Positions 28,528 through 38,733 of a stretch of 64,000 nt of DNA are shown here, in pieces. Under the pieces are notes generated by a model that saw only the letters and a list, made by a program, of their open reading frames with translations, was not told where the DNA came from and searched no databases. The stretch is taken from the IMG/VR virus record IMGVR_UViG_3300032285_001316, positions 1 to 64,000 of that record; one strand, 5' to 3'. How positions within the stretch are numbered: the first letter of the stretch is position 1; every line of letters starts with the position of its first letter. The translations under genes and the position numbers were made by a program. This stretch comes from a virus.

Positions 28528-29583
28528 ATGAAAATGGCAATCAATCCCGAAGCACTAAAGATCATGGCCCAGATAAACAAGAGGTTGGGCGAAGGGTCTG
28601 TCGTTATCGGCCAGGACATCCGCTCAGACCTCATTGAGCGAGCCACAACGGGGTCTACAACGTTCGATTACATCCTTGGTGGAGGATTCCCCACCAACCA
28701 ATGGAACGAGCTTGTAGGCGAACCTAGCCACGGTAAGACTGCAATTGCGTTTAAGACAATTGCAGCTAACCAGGCTAAGAATCCTGAGTTCACTGCTGTG
28801 TGGGTCGCCGCTGAGCAGTGGGTTCCTGAGTATGCAGAGATGTGTGGTGTAGACACTAGCCGCGTGATCGTTATTGAGACGAACATCATGGAAGAAGCGT
28901 ACGATGCTGTACTTGCTTTTGCTGAGTCCAAGTCTGTAGATGCTATCATTATCGACTCCCTGCCAGCCCTAGTTCCTGGACCAGAGGACGAGAAGAGCAT
29001 GGACGAGATGACCGTTGGTCGTGGCGCACTGATCACCAACAAGTTCTTCCGTAAGGCTGGCGCAGCCATGAAGCGTTCCATGGTGGAGGCAGAGCGCCCC
29101 ATCCTCGGTATCGTTATCAACCAGTACCGCATGAAGATCGGTGTTATGCACGGAGACCCCCGTACAACTCCTGGTGGTCAGGGTAAGGACTACGCGTACT
29201 TCACTCGCACCGAGGTTCGCCGCAAGGAGTACATCGAGACTGGCCCCGCAGGTAACAAGACGCGCGTAGGACAGACGATTGCCCTGAAGACCCTGAAGAA
29301 CAAGACTGCTCCCCCTTCGCGTACTGCGTTCGTAGACTTCTATTTTGCTCCTTTGGGAATCTACGACGCAGGTGACTTTGACACCGCAAAGGAAATTGCT
29401 GCAATGGCAATTGTTCTAGGTGTTGTAGACCGCAAGGGTGGCTGGATCTACTACGGAGAGCGCAAGTGGCAGGGTGTAGAAAACCTGACCAGCTCTATTC
29501 GTGAAGAGGTAGACCTGTTTGACGAGCTTCGCGAAAAGGTGCTGAGCACCACGGACACTCCTACACCAGAAATGGTTGACTAG
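28528..29583 (+). CDS. recA: RecA/UvsX-like recombinase
   Basis: TGS..FD..LGGG.P, GEPSHGKT, IIDSL, INQ.R.KIG, TPGG, KNKTAPP. Confidence 0.93.
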   Translation: MKMAINPEALKIMAQINKRLGEGSVVIGQDIRSDLIERATTGSTTFDYILGGGFPTNQWNELVGEPSHGKTAIAFKTIAANQAKNPEFTAVWVAAEQWVPEYAEMCGVDTSRVIVIETNIMEEAYDAVLAFAESKSVDAIIIDSLPALVPGPEDEKSMDEMTVGRGALITNKFFRKAGAAMKRSMVEAERPILGIVINQYRMKIGVMHGDPRTTPGGQGKDYAYFTRTEVRRKEYIETGPAGNKTRVGQTIALKTLKNKTAPPSRTAFVDFYFAPLGIYDAGDFDTAKEIAAMAIVLGVVDRKGGWIYYGERKWQGVENLTSSIREEVDLFDELREKVLSTTDTPTPEMVD

Positions 29584-29585
29584 GC

Positions 29586-29903
29586 GTGAAGAGCGAAGGC
29601 CAGAAGCAGTCCCAGAAGCATGAAAAGCGTATAGCTAAAACGGTAGGAGGGCGACCCACCGCTGCTTCTGGGGCCTTCTGGTCCAACAAGGGAGACGTTC
29701 GTGCAGACGGTCTCCTTATTGAGCACAAGTGGACTGGTAAAAAAACCAAGACCATTAGCTCAGCAGAGCTGAAGAAGATCAGCATGGAGGCGTTCATGGA
29801 CGGTCGCCTCCCTATTTTTGGTATTCATCTTGACGGTGAAGACTACGTCATTCTCGCGGAAACTGATTTCCTTGAAATTTGGAACAAACTAAACAATGAT
29901 TGA
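29586..29903 (+). CDS. PD-(D/E)XK Holliday junction resolvase-like nuclease
   Basis: HE..A..ASGA..KGDV..LIEHK.T. Confidence 0.75.
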   Translation: MKSEGQKQSQKHEKRIAKTVGGRPTAASGAFWSNKGDVRADGLLIEHKWTGKKTKTISSAELKKISMEAFMDGRLPIFGIHLDGEDYVILAETDFLEIWNKLNND

Positions 29904-30234
29904 ATATGAGCACTGGACCGAAGACGCTAGGTGCTACGGCATCGAAGACCCAGACATCTTCTTCCCACCCAGGGATAAGGTCCTTTACAAGCAGATCGCG
30001 GCAGAAGCAAAGGTGCACTGCCTAGGAGCTAACGGAAAGGACCCATGCCCTGTTAGAGCACAGTGCCTGTGGTCTGCCGTTAAGGATGACGAACAGCACG
30101 GTATCTGGGGAGGCCTCAGCCATAGAGAACGCAACGCACTTGTGCGTAAGTGGTCTCGTGAGCTAAGATCAAAAATGACGCTGCAAGAGTACATCCTGCA
30201 GATAGACAAAAAAGGAGCAACTAAATGGCAGTAG
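29896..30234 (+). CDS. whiB: WhiB-family transcription regulator
   Basis: C..DPDIFFP..C..CPVRAQC..GIWGG..ER. Confidence 0.9.
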   Translation: MIEYEHWTEDARCYGIEDPDIFFPPRDKVLYKQIAAEAKVHCLGANGKDPCPVRAQCLWSAVKDDEQHGIWGGLSHRERNALVRKWSRELRSKMTLQEYILQIDKKGATKWQ

Positions 30235-31082
30235 TGAAGTCAGACCTAAAAAAGTTTTTAGAGGCTAAGACAAAGCCTTCTCGCTTGCTTGGGGATATTG
30301 AACGTCACCTGCAGAAGCGCCCTGTAGGAGACCGCTCCACCACAGTTCTGCACCCCTCAGAAATGATTAAGAAAGACTTCTGTCGTCGCGGCTCGTTCTT
30401 TCTACTGAGTGGTCGTACCAAGATTGCTGAGAAGCCAGGACTTCGCCTGCAGTCCATCTTTGATGAAGGACACGCTATCCACGCCAAGTGGCAACGCTGG
30501 TTCCAGGAGATGGGTGTGCTGCACGGACAGTTCCAGTGCCAGCGCTGTGACAAGATCACGTGGGGTACTTCCCCCGAGCAGTGTGAGCACTGCGACGCTC
30601 CTTGGCAAAAGCTCACCTACGAAGAAGTAACCCTGTTTGACAATGACCTGCGCATCAAGGGTCACACGGATGGTTGGATCAAGGGCATCGGTGACGATAC
30701 TCTGATTGAGATCAAGTCCATTGGTCCAGGAACAATTCGCTCTTCAGCTCCTGGGTTGTTTATGGACGCTGACGGAGATTTCATGAAGGCATGGAGCAAC
30801 GTTCGCCGCCCATTCTCCGACCACATCATGCAAGGCCAAATGTATCTGGAACTCATGAAGCGTATCGGTAACCCCATCAACGAAATTACCTTCTTGTACG
30901 AACTCAAGGCAGATCAGTCTTACAAAGAATTCAACGTCAAGGCAGACTATGAACTGGTACGTCACGTATTTGACAATGCCAAACTTATCGTGGATGCTGT
31001 AGATGCAGGCATTGCGCCTGAATGTAACAATAACCCTGGTGGCACGTGCAAGCAGTGCGCACCTTACGAGGAGGAAAATTAA
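30225..31082 (+). CDS. Cas4-like PD-(D/E)XK exonuclease
   Basis: HPS..C.R, G.AIH, GHTDG, EIKS, Q.QMY, C-terminal C..C..CAPY Fe-S cysteines. Confidence 0.85.
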   Translation: MAVVKSDLKKFLEAKTKPSRLLGDIERHLQKRPVGDRSTTVLHPSEMIKKDFCRRGSFFLLSGRTKIAEKPGLRLQSIFDEGHAIHAKWQRWFQEMGVLHGQFQCQRCDKITWGTSPEQCEHCDAPWQKLTYEEVTLFDNDLRIKGHTDGWIKGIGDDTLIEIKSIGPGTIRSSAPGLFMDADGDFMKAWSNVRRPFSDHIMQGQMYLELMKRIGNPINEITFLYELKADQSYKEFNVKADYELVRHVFDNAKLIVDAVDAGIAPECNNNPGGTCKQCAPYEEEN

Positions 31083-31360
31083 TGCAAGAAACATCGGTAG
31101 AGGCAAAGAAGAGCCTCAAGAGCAAGAACATCGAGGAAGTTCGCAAAAACATTCTGATGATTCTGAAGCGTAAGCCTATGGTCGACTGGGACATGATTGA
31201 CGCCTACAAGGCCCGCAAGCGTGCTCCTAAGGCATCTGACTCAGGTCTCCGCACTCGTCGTTCAGAACTGGTCAAGCTTGGTCTGATTCGCGACAGCGGT
31301 AAGCGCGCGCAGCTTCGCTCAGGACGCTACTCAATCGTATGGGAAGTCGTTAAGAAGTAA
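31082..31360 (+). CDS. Small winged-helix DNA-binding protein
   Basis: [28 protein letters not shown]. Confidence 0.65.
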   Translation: MQETSVEAKKSLKSKNIEEVRKNILMILKRKPMVDWDMIDAYKARKRAPKASDSGLRTRRSELVKLGLIRDSGKRAQLRSGRYSIVWEVVKK

Positions 31361-31815
31361 TGTCAGCAGTAAAGAAGTTCGAGGGGTGGGGCCTGACATT
31401 CCAGCGCCCCACTGGTGATCAGGTGCAGTTACCACCAGATATCACCGACATCTCTTCTGAGAACCTTGGCCTACTGTTTACTCAGTTAACAGCGTGGACG
31501 GACTACATCGCTTCACAGGCAACCATGGCTCAGCTTGAGGAGCGTGCAGCCCTCAAGAAGAAAGAGCAAGTAGAGAACGCTCTCATGTTTAAGCGCATGG
31601 GCGCTCAGGCTAAAGGAGAGCGCGTAACTGCCATTAAGGCAGAGATTGCCGCGATGCAGGACGTTATCGATCTTGACAACGACTACGAAGAGAAGTACGC
31701 TTATCGTAAGTTGGTAGAGATGCTCTTGAGCAATCATGAGCGTGATCTATCACTGGTTAGCCGAGAGATTACTCGACGGTCTAACGAATCACGGTTCACA
31801 AGAAAGGAATTTTAA
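31360..31815 (+). CDS. Helical protein, UvsY-like recombination mediator candidate
   Basis: All-helical 151 aa ending VSREITRR; near RecA and SSB. Confidence 0.45.
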   Translation: MSAVKKFEGWGLTFQRPTGDQVQLPPDITDISSENLGLLFTQLTAWTDYIASQATMAQLEERAALKKKEQVENALMFKRMGAQAKGERVTAIKAEIAAMQDVIDLDNDYEEKYAYRKLVEMLLSNHERDLSLVSREITRRSNESRFTRKEF

Positions 31816-31816
31816 A

Positions 31817-32173
31817 ATGGGTAAGATGAAGAATTTGTTCACTGAAATGAATGAAGTTCCCGAAGACCTTTGGGATAGCTGGGAAGATTTTCAGTTTGAA
31901 CAGGCAGCTGAGGCACAGTACCTTGAAGCCCTAAGCATTTTGCTATCAAAGCACCGCGACTACGGACCCAACAACATCGCTGGAAGCCCTGGTGGTCCTC
32001 TCAATGGACTACGTGTTCGCATGTGGGACAAATTGGCGCGTATCAACCACTTGATCGAGCAGGAAGTTTCTCCTAACCACGAAAGCCTTCGTGACTCATT
32101 CCTCGATCTTGCAAATTATTCCATGATTGCACTTATGGTTATTGACGGAGAGTGGCCCGATGGAGTTTCCTAA
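31817..32173 (+). CDS. DUF1599 / nucleotide-modification-associated MazG-like domain protein
   Basis: KHRDYG..NI..RMWDKLARI..ESLRDSFLDLANY. Confidence 0.8.
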   Translation: MGKMKNLFTEMNEVPEDLWDSWEDFQFEQAAEAQYLEALSILLSKHRDYGPNNIAGSPGGPLNGLRVRMWDKLARINHLIEQEVSPNHESLRDSFLDLANYSMIALMVIDGEWPDGVS

Positions 32174-32363
32174 TCTAGCAGCCTTGCCAGAAGATCAGGT
32201 ACAGCTAGTTCTTCAGGGGTACGTTGCAGGAATGATGGACGAAAAAGAATCCATCATTGCTCTCCTTAAGGACATGCAGGCAGACACCCAAGACCTGGTA
32301 GAGAAAGCTGTATACGAAAGTATCTTCGAACAACTCTCCGAGGGAGATATCAGTGGCGAGTAA
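32160..32363 (+). CDS. Hypothetical protein
   Basis: ORF track; overlapping gene arrangement. Confidence 0.5.
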   Translation: MEFPNLAALPEDQVQLVLQGYVAGMMDEKESIIALLKDMQADTQDLVEKAVYESIFEQLSEGDISGE

Positions 32364-32904
32364 GTGGGTCTATAGCCTCACTCCTAAGGAAGAAGCCGTT
32401 GCTGCCCGTGTAGGGTGGGAGCGGCAACTTCCTATGTTGGGGCAACCAGAACGCAATCGTAATTACAGCGAAGGTGATATCTGGGAAACCTGGCAGCACA
32501 TGATCTGTGCAGCATCCGAGATCGCCGCAGCCCGAATGATGGGCATGGATGATTTCGAGCCACACGCCAACACGTTTAAGAACGTGCTGGATATCCCAGG
32601 ATATGAAATTCGTTATTCCTTTACGCGGGAATGGGGAGACGCCAAGTACTCCCTCCGTTTCAAGGAAGGCGTAGACGATCCCAACCAGATCTACATTTTG
32701 ATCGTAGGTGGACCAGAGCAAAAGACGCGCCGTTCTGCGGAAGACGGGTATGTAACCCCTCCCTTCCGTGCCATAGGGTGGATGCGAGGAGCAGACATGG
32801 TACAGGAAAAGTACCGTGCACCATACGGTAAAGATAATTTCGCAGTAACTCCGATGGACCTTAACGAGATGGCAACCCTGCCCGTGGTGGAAGCCGTACA
32901 ATGA
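32353..32904 (+). CDS. Hypothetical protein (possible degenerate restriction-endonuclease fold)
   Basis: E.AAA..D...YEIR pattern. Confidence 0.55.
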   Translation: MASKWVYSLTPKEEAVAARVGWERQLPMLGQPERNRNYSEGDIWETWQHMICAASEIAAARMMGMDDFEPHANTFKNVLDIPGYEIRYSFTREWGDAKYSLRFKEGVDDPNQIYILIVGGPEQKTRRSAEDGYVTPPFRAIGWMRGADMVQEKYRAPYGKDNFAVTPMDLNEMATLPVVEAVQ

Positions 32905-33509
32905 GTGTCAAGGAGTTCGACGGACATCTGCAAAAGAACCACAAAGTTTCAGTTGGTATTGACCAGTCGTTGACAGGGTTCGCTTTTTCAGCGGTGTCCG
33001 TCGAATCTCCCCAAGAGCATCACACGTGGGTGTTTAAGTCTCCGTACAAAGGCGTGCAGAGGTTACAAGACATTCAGGACTTTCTTTATGAGCGGTTTGA
33101 AGAACTGCGAGAGAATGACAACGAGATCCACGACATTGCCATGGAAGGCACTGTTTTGGCATCCCAAGCTGCCCTAGTGTTGGGTGAGCTGGCAGCCACA
33201 GTAAAGCTGTTTATGTATGAGCACTTCTGGGGCCTCAACCACTACACGTCTGAACCCCCCAGACACCTACTGACTCCACTGCAGGTACCTCCGATGACAC
33301 TAAAGAAGTATGCCACGGGTAAAGGAACAGCCAAGAAGCAGGAGATGCTCCTACAGATCTTTAAACGCTGGGGTATTGAGTTCAATGATGATAACGCTGC
33401 AGACGCATACGCACTCGGAAGACTTGCTGGTGGTCATGCAATCGATAAGATCGAGCAAGAAGTTGTAGACAAAATGAATGACATTAAATACAGGGACGTC
33501 ATTCAGTAA
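32901..33509 (+). CDS. ruvC: RuvC-like resolvase
   Basis: GIDQSLTG, MEG, P.TLKKYATGKG.A.K, DNAADA. Confidence 0.85.
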   Translation: MSVKEFDGHLQKNHKVSVGIDQSLTGFAFSAVSVESPQEHHTWVFKSPYKGVQRLQDIQDFLYERFEELRENDNEIHDIAMEGTVLASQAALVLGELAATVKLFMYEHFWGLNHYTSEPPRHLLTPLQVPPMTLKKYATGKGTAKKQEMLLQIFKRWGIEFNDDNAADAYALGRLAGGHAIDKIEQEVVDKMNDIKYRDVIQ

Positions 33510-33571
33510 CTCCTGTATCCTTATTGTTGAGGACGGCGCACTAATTTCGACAATTAAAGGACCACAAAATC

Positions 33572-33868
33572 GTGAGTGAAGAAGTAATTGCCCTGCCCTC
33601 AACCGAAGAACCGTTTCTCCGTGTAAGTGCAGGCTCAAACCCACAATCCGTTGCAGCAGCAATTGCACACGCAATCTACGAGAACCGAGCCGTAAAGCTC
33701 CGTGCCGTAGGAGCAGGTGCAGTTAACCAGGCAGTTAAGGCCATGGCAATCGCACGAGGCTACGTAGCCCCTCGAGGTTTAGACCTCACCTGCAAGCCAG
33801 GCTTTACCACAATTGAATCTCGTGACGGTGAGATTTCCGCAATTGTGTTTGCCATTTCAGCAGCCTAA
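33572..33868 (+). CDS. spoVS: SpoVS-family (Alba-like) protein
   Basis: LRVSAGSNPQSVAAAIA..AVGAGAVNQAVKA.AIARG..P.G.DL.C.P.F..ISAI. Confidence 0.92.
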   Translation: MSEEVIALPSTEEPFLRVSAGSNPQSVAAAIAHAIYENRAVKLRAVGAGAVNQAVKAMAIARGYVAPRGLDLTCKPGFTTIESRDGEISAIVFAISAA

Positions 33869-33905
33869 AAATAGCTTATTCTGGTAATAAGCGAAGGAGT
33901 CATTA

Positions 33906-34337
33906 ATGGCAACTCAGTACAGCGTGGGACACGGTATGCGTCGTCGTAGCGGAATCCCCTCGAACCCTCTGGAAGCAGCAGGAACAAGCATGGCACGTAG
34001 TCACCAGACCTCAGAAGAGGCCCACGAGGCAGCCTCGGCAGCAGGCAGCCACCGTATTGCTATCGGTAGCGACGTATACGGCACCACCGCCGTTCCCGCT
34101 ATTGCTGGTACTCCCGTTCCCCGTAAGAACACTCAGGCAGCTGACCCCACCGCTGGTGGCAAGGCAAACCGTAGGAACATCGAGAACATCGGCGCTACTT
34201 ACCGCGTACAGCCTAAGTCGACTTTCGTACAGCTGGACCCTTCGGCTGGCCCCACAATGGCTAACGCCCGTATCGTTCCCTCGGTTCAGGGTCGCGAAAA
34301 CCCTAACTTCGAAAGCGGCATCCAGGCCTCTTACTAA
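33906..34337 (+). CDS. Hypothetical low-complexity protein (putative virion internal protein)
   Basis: SD AAGGAG; Ala/Gly/Pro-rich. Confidence 0.7.
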   Translation: MATQYSVGHGMRRRSGIPSNPLEAAGTSMARSHQTSEEAHEAASAAGSHRIAIGSDVYGTTAVPAIAGTPVPRKNTQAADPTAGGKANRRNIENIGATYRVQPKSTFVQLDPSAGPTMANARIVPSVQGRENPNFESGIQASY

Positions 34338-34347
34338 GGAGTAGGGT

Positions 34348-34551
34348 ATGAACCCTAACCTTTCTAACACGGCATTCCAGGACACTGGCATTCCGAGTGC
34401 AAACGCGCCTCACGCGCGTGTTCTTCCTATTGCCAAGGGACAGGGAGGCGGAATGCGTACTACGCAAGAAGCCTCGGTAGCCTCAATGTGGATGAACCCC
34501 GTAGATAGCCCACGCCCTGGCGGACTTTACATGGGATCGGTGGCACAGTAA
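34348..34551 (+). CDS. Hypothetical small protein
   Basis: SD AAGGAG; N-terminal NLSNTAF. Confidence 0.6.
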   Translation: MNPNLSNTAFQDTGIPSANAPHARVLPIAKGQGGGMRTTQEASVASMWMNPVDSPRPGGLYMGSVAQ

Positions 34552-34823
34552 TGGAAACTCCACGCGATGTAGCTGCTCCCCAACACAGCGCCTTACCACA
34601 ACGTTCTTATGCAGAGGTTTTGGGAGGCGCTAATACTGCTTCCTCGCACGTTACAAGCCTCGCTCAGTTTAAACAGCGTGGTGCACGTCCCCTCTCCTTG
34701 ATGAAGGAGACTGCCACATCGTCACCTCTAATCTGGCAGTCAAAGGATGTTAACGCTGGAGAAGGCCACATCGCTGGTTTGAACAAGACCAACCGAGGAA
34801 CCGCACTAGAGACTGGTTTCTAA
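34551..34823 (+). CDS. Hypothetical small protein
   Basis: TAATG coupling. Confidence 0.6.
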   Translation: METPRDVAAPQHSALPQRSYAEVLGGANTASSHVTSLAQFKQRGARPLSLMKETATSSPLIWQSKDVNAGEGHIAGLNKTNRGTALETGF

Positions 34824-34825
34824 TT

Positions 34826-35359
34826 ATGGCTGGTGCAGTAAACAACTTTTCTCCTCAGCAGAACTGGCAGTCCATTGGTGGTAATGGACTAAACGGGTAC
34901 AACAACCAGGGCGGATATGGTGGCCCCGTAGCTCGTGGTGATCTAGATGCCATTCGTATCGGTACTGGCCGTGTTCCCCAGGCGGAATACCCCGATGGCT
35001 ACCTCGGTACGATCCGTTCACGTCGCGATGACCGCATCCTGGACTCCATTAAGAGTCGCGTAAATCAAAAAGCATATCAACGCGGTGTTCACAAGGGTGA
35101 GCGTGTTGAGCCTTCGGCATACTACTGGACCCCAGACTTTAATGATCAGTCTGGTCTGCAGCGTCAAATGAAGGCCAAGCAGGTTGAGATCAATGGTGTA
35201 ACCGTATGGAAGTCACCCCGATACACCCAGGATGTTCGCCTGGTTCCTGCACCACACCTTGTTAATGACGGTAAGTCCAACATGGTTTCCGATTCTCCTG
35301 GAACCATTAATGTGCAGCGATCCAACCAGCTGAACTACCTGAAGCCAAAGTGGGCCTAA
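34826..35359 (+). CDS. Hypothetical protein
   Basis: AEYPDGYLGTI..RR.DR..YQRGVHKGER; operon context. Confidence 0.7.
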   Translation: MAGAVNNFSPQQNWQSIGGNGLNGYNNQGGYGGPVARGDLDAIRIGTGRVPQAEYPDGYLGTIRSRRDDRILDSIKSRVNQKAYQRGVHKGERVEPSAYYWTPDFNDQSGLQRQMKAKQVEINGVTVWKSPRYTQDVRLVPAPHLVNDGKSNMVSDSPGTINVQRSNQLNYLKPKWA

Positions 35360-35360
35360 T

Positions 35361-35723
35361 ATGAGCCAGTTTGACGGACGTTATGATTACACTAAGCCCT
35401 GGAACAACCAAGGGCCTATTACCCCTGGAGGAAACACTCGGTGGACCTACAACGGTCCCTGGTCCTCCAACGAAGAGCGCCTAACACAGCAGGCCCTCGC
35501 CGTAGCGTTGATTCCTGGCGCTGAATTACAGGAATTGGTGCGCCCGAACCTTCCCCAAATCCAATTGTTCCCACCTCGATTTGGGTATGGCCCCCGTCCT
35601 CAACCAGAGATTGATGACGTTGTAAGTATCGACAGAAACTACGTGGAGCCTCGCGTTTCCTGGTATTCTGGAGGAGTTGGCTCCTACAGCGGTAGCAGCC
35701 GAAATGACTTAGGAGCAAACTAG
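35361..35723 (+). CDS. Hypothetical protein
   Basis: ORF track; operon context. Confidence 0.65.
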   Translation: MSQFDGRYDYTKPWNNQGPITPGGNTRWTYNGPWSSNEERLTQQALAVALIPGAELQELVRPNLPQIQLFPPRFGYGPRPQPEIDDVVSIDRNYVEPRVSWYSGGVGSYSGSSRNDLGAN

Positions 35724-35727
35724 TCCA

Positions 35728-37227
35728 ATGGGTATTGAGCACTTTAACGCAGGGGCCGAAGCAGCACGCGGCAACGAAGCGCCTACACGCGACGCATCTG
35801 TAGCCCGAGATGAACGTGGAAACAGGCAAGTAGTTGACCCAGAAACAGGGATCATTGCTCCCCGCAACCCTAACGCACCAGAAAACCAGGGCCTGCGGAT
35901 GACTCCTGCTGGAAAGACCCCCGCATTTAAGGGAACAGGTAGGGGCCGCGCCACAATATCTGGAGGACGTGCATCGTCGGTTCCCACACGTCCTGCATTG
36001 CCCCACCCAGAATTTATTGATGAAGAGGGTAACCGCCGTGCATCAAACGCACAGCACCAGGCTGAAAACGACGCCGTTCGTTCACAGGTATCTTCCTCTC
36101 AGGCAGAGTGGGACTCCAAGTACGCTCCAAAAAACGCTGCAGGAACTTCTACCCCAAAGCAGGTAGGTCCATCACACCCCACAACCGACCGTAGAGAACT
36201 CTACAATGCAATGAATGAAGGCGGAGGACGTGAGCTAAAGAGCAGTAAAAAGCTCCTACAAGAAGCAAATGAGCACGCCAGCGTACTCCAGGGCCACATT
36301 ACTCAGCTTATGGCAACACACGGAGATCATCCCGTAGTAGGTCCGCACATCCAGCGAGCACAGCGGTCACTTGTGGCGGCACAAAAAATCATGTCAGACA
36401 GCAGTCCTGCACGAAAAGACGGCGCAAACTCTATGTCGTATGGTCGTTACGCCAATACCGAGACGATGCAAAAGGCTCGACCAGCAGTCGCAGATATTCT
36501 TAAGCACGTTCTTGATGCGCACGATCACCTAACTCATAGCGATGTAACATCCGCAGGAGTATCTGCCCCCAGCGTTCCTCGCGTAGCATTAGAGCAAAAC
36601 CACGCCATCGCAGAGGTGCAAGCGCGACACCCCAAGCTAAACTTCAAGCAAAGAGGTAAGGCTCCCAAGATTGTTGACTGGGGTCCCGTAGGTAAAGTCG
36701 ACATGACCACTACTCATGGGCAAAACCTTGCGGCAGCCGCACGTGAGCAGCACGAAGCCAAGACTCCTGGAGTCGACGTTAATGTTTCTGGTGAGCTGGG
36801 CGCTCCACAAGGAACTGCGCGCGTTCGTAAACGTTTTGAGAAAATGCCTGTTTCTGAAAGCACAAAAATAAATCGAAGCGGTGCCGCTCAGCAGCCTCGT
36901 CGTCGTCCAGCAAAGGCAGCCAGGGCAACCTCGTCAGCAAATATAGACGCTCCCAAAGCTAACGTTGAAACTAGAGCATTTACTACAAAAGATAGTAAAA
37001 AAGTAAAGGCTGATCAGGACCAGCCTACGCGTAAGCCACTACCGCAGGTAGAGGACGGTAAAACGTACGCTCCAGACCAGATTTACACACAACTTCGTAT
37101 GCCTAAGGAAAACCCTGTAGCAGCTGGGCGTGTTGCAGAACGCAAGGCAAAGCGTAAGCCAGCCCAGACTCCTGAAATTAAGTCTGCACTGAAAAACATT
37201 GACAAGAAGCTTCGCGGCGGTAAGTAA
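35728..37227 (+). CDS. Large disordered basic protein with N-terminal EHFNAG motif
   Basis: 499 aa, Ala/Lys/Arg/Pro/His-rich. Confidence 0.75.
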   Translation: MGIEHFNAGAEAARGNEAPTRDASVARDERGNRQVVDPETGIIAPRNPNAPENQGLRMTPAGKTPAFKGTGRGRATISGGRASSVPTRPALPHPEFIDEEGNRRASNAQHQAENDAVRSQVSSSQAEWDSKYAPKNAAGTSTPKQVGPSHPTTDRRELYNAMNEGGGRELKSSKKLLQEANEHASVLQGHITQLMATHGDHPVVGPHIQRAQRSLVAAQKIMSDSSPARKDGANSMSYGRYANTETMQKARPAVADILKHVLDAHDHLTHSDVTSAGVSAPSVPRVALEQNHAIAEVQARHPKLNFKQRGKAPKIVDWGPVGKVDMTTTHGQNLAAAAREQHEAKTPGVDVNVSGELGAPQGTARVRKRFEKMPVSESTKINRSGAAQQPRRRPAKAARATSSANIDAPKANVETRAFTTKDSKKVKADQDQPTRKPLPQVEDGKTYAPDQIYTQLRMPKENPVAAGRVAERKAKRKPAQTPEIKSALKNIDKKLRGGK

Positions 37228-38195
37228 TGGCCAAGTTTAGGGTCGGTAAAAGCGGAAAGGCCACCACGGTTTCTGGTCAGGCCGCTGTTAGTGATGTAAC
37301 TAACAAACGAGAGGCGCAGGAAACCGAGCTGAAAGCTAGAGACAACGCGTATTCCACCCTAAACGCAGCAAAGCCAAACCTAAAGTCACTGGGTTTTGTG
37401 GGCCGTGATGCAGCTAATCCTCAAGGTGGTATGGCATCGCAGTTGACCAAGCAAATTGGTAAGGCAAGTTCCATCAGCAACAACCCCATGCACGGTCTCG
37501 CCATGACACGTATTGGCGATGAGCTAATGACGCGTATTGGTCACGCCGTTGCAGGTAGTGAGTCGGACGCAGAAGCCCTGGCAACCAGCCACGCACACAT
37601 TGACAACGCTCGCGCAGATATTGCTGCTCATCAGGCAGCTCACGGAGCAGGAAACACCAAGGCAGCCCTTGGCTACCTGCACAGGGCGGGGATGCACCTG
37701 TCTAGTGCAGTAAACTCAATGCCTGAAGGATCCAAGGAAATCCTCAAGGACTCCTGGACTCCTGCACAAAAGACACCGTGGCGAGTTCCCACAACAGAAA
37801 AAGACATAACTGGTTCTGGGTCTGTAAAGCAAGAAGCAGCTGATTTTGTTTCCTTGGCAAATGCCCACAGAGACATCAACAACATTGTTGGCGCATACCA
37901 CGATCATGTTAAGGACATGACTGGTAGCCTGCCAGAAGGCATGGAGCGTCCCAAAAAGGTATCGAATACCACCAATCTAGACCTCAGTCGACCAGTAATT
38001 GCCACTCCTTTGCGTTCATACGTACATGAGTCAAAGCACCGTGATATTGCCGCCAAGGGCATGGAAGACGCAATGAAAGAGCGCATTCAGCAGATGGCGG
38101 AGGATGCCGTTGCATCCGCATCAGAACTGGGTGGGTCCTCCTCTGCAAAACTTGGAGAGCATTTTAACGCTGGCGCAAAACACGGGAGGTCATAG
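37227..38195 (+). CDS. Ala/His-rich protein with C-terminal EHFNAG motif
   Basis: 322 aa; TAATG coupling. Confidence 0.75.
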   Translation: MAKFRVGKSGKATTVSGQAAVSDVTNKREAQETELKARDNAYSTLNAAKPNLKSLGFVGRDAANPQGGMASQLTKQIGKASSISNNPMHGLAMTRIGDELMTRIGHAVAGSESDAEALATSHAHIDNARADIAAHQAAHGAGNTKAALGYLHRAGMHLSSAVNSMPEGSKEILKDSWTPAQKTPWRVPTTEKDITGSGSVKQEAADFVSLANAHRDINNIVGAYHDHVKDMTGSLPEGMERPKKVSNTTNLDLSRPVIATPLRSYVHESKHRDIAAKGMEDAMKERIQQMAEDAVASASELGGSSSAKLGEHFNAGAKHGRS

Positions 38196-38395
38196 TGTTT
38201 GATGGAGATGGTGCAGATACCCTAGAGCTGCAAGCCTGGAAGATCGCACAAAATCAAATTGAGTACCGTGGGTCAGCCCCCTGTCCTACATGCGGTGTAA
38301 TCATGAACCCAGTGGAGTTTATGTACAGCAAGGGCCTGTGTGCACCTTGTTATGAAAACCGCATGGCAGGACGAGTAAAGCGAAAGCTCGCATAA
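38195..38395 (+). CDS. Small zinc-binding protein
   Basis: CPTC..CAPC. Confidence 0.6.
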   Translation: MFDGDGADTLELQAWKIAQNQIEYRGSAPCPTCGVIMNPVEFMYSKGLCAPCYENRMAGRVKRKLA

Positions 38396-38733
38396 TGGCC
38401 GAGATAGAGGCTGCATACGACATTCACCAGCGTGCACGTCACCTCGCGACGTTTAGTCAAGATCCCAAAGTAGTCCGTTATGCTAACCTCGCAGCAGACC
38501 ACGCTGAAAAGGCTAATGGAGCCCACAACACGGGAGACACCGTTGGTGCTAGCGCTCACTTAGGTGAGGCAGCAAAGTATTTGCAGTCCGCCGCTACCCT
38601 TCATACTGGTAAAATGAACCGTGGAGATGTCGCATCCCCAGAGATTTTGGACGTGGCGCACCTCGGTAAAGCACAAGAGCTGCACCAGAACTACGTAGAC
38701 GAAATTAACAAAGGAAAGAACGATGGCCGTTAA
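38395..38733 (+). CDS. His/Ala-rich helical protein
   Basis: Shares AH..G....A..HL..A...L.SA pattern with 37227-38195. Confidence 0.65.
   Translation: MAEIEAAYDIHQRARHLATFSQDPKVVRYANLAADHAEKANGAHNTGDTVGASAHLGEAAKYLQSAATLHTGKMNRGDVASPEILDVAHLGKAQELHQNYVDEINKGKNDGR

Noticed and set aside
30225-31082. Cas4-like gene as sign of a CRISPR-Cas system
   Set aside because: No repeat-spacer array or other cas genes are seen; stand-alone Cas4-like nucleases are common in phage recombination modules.
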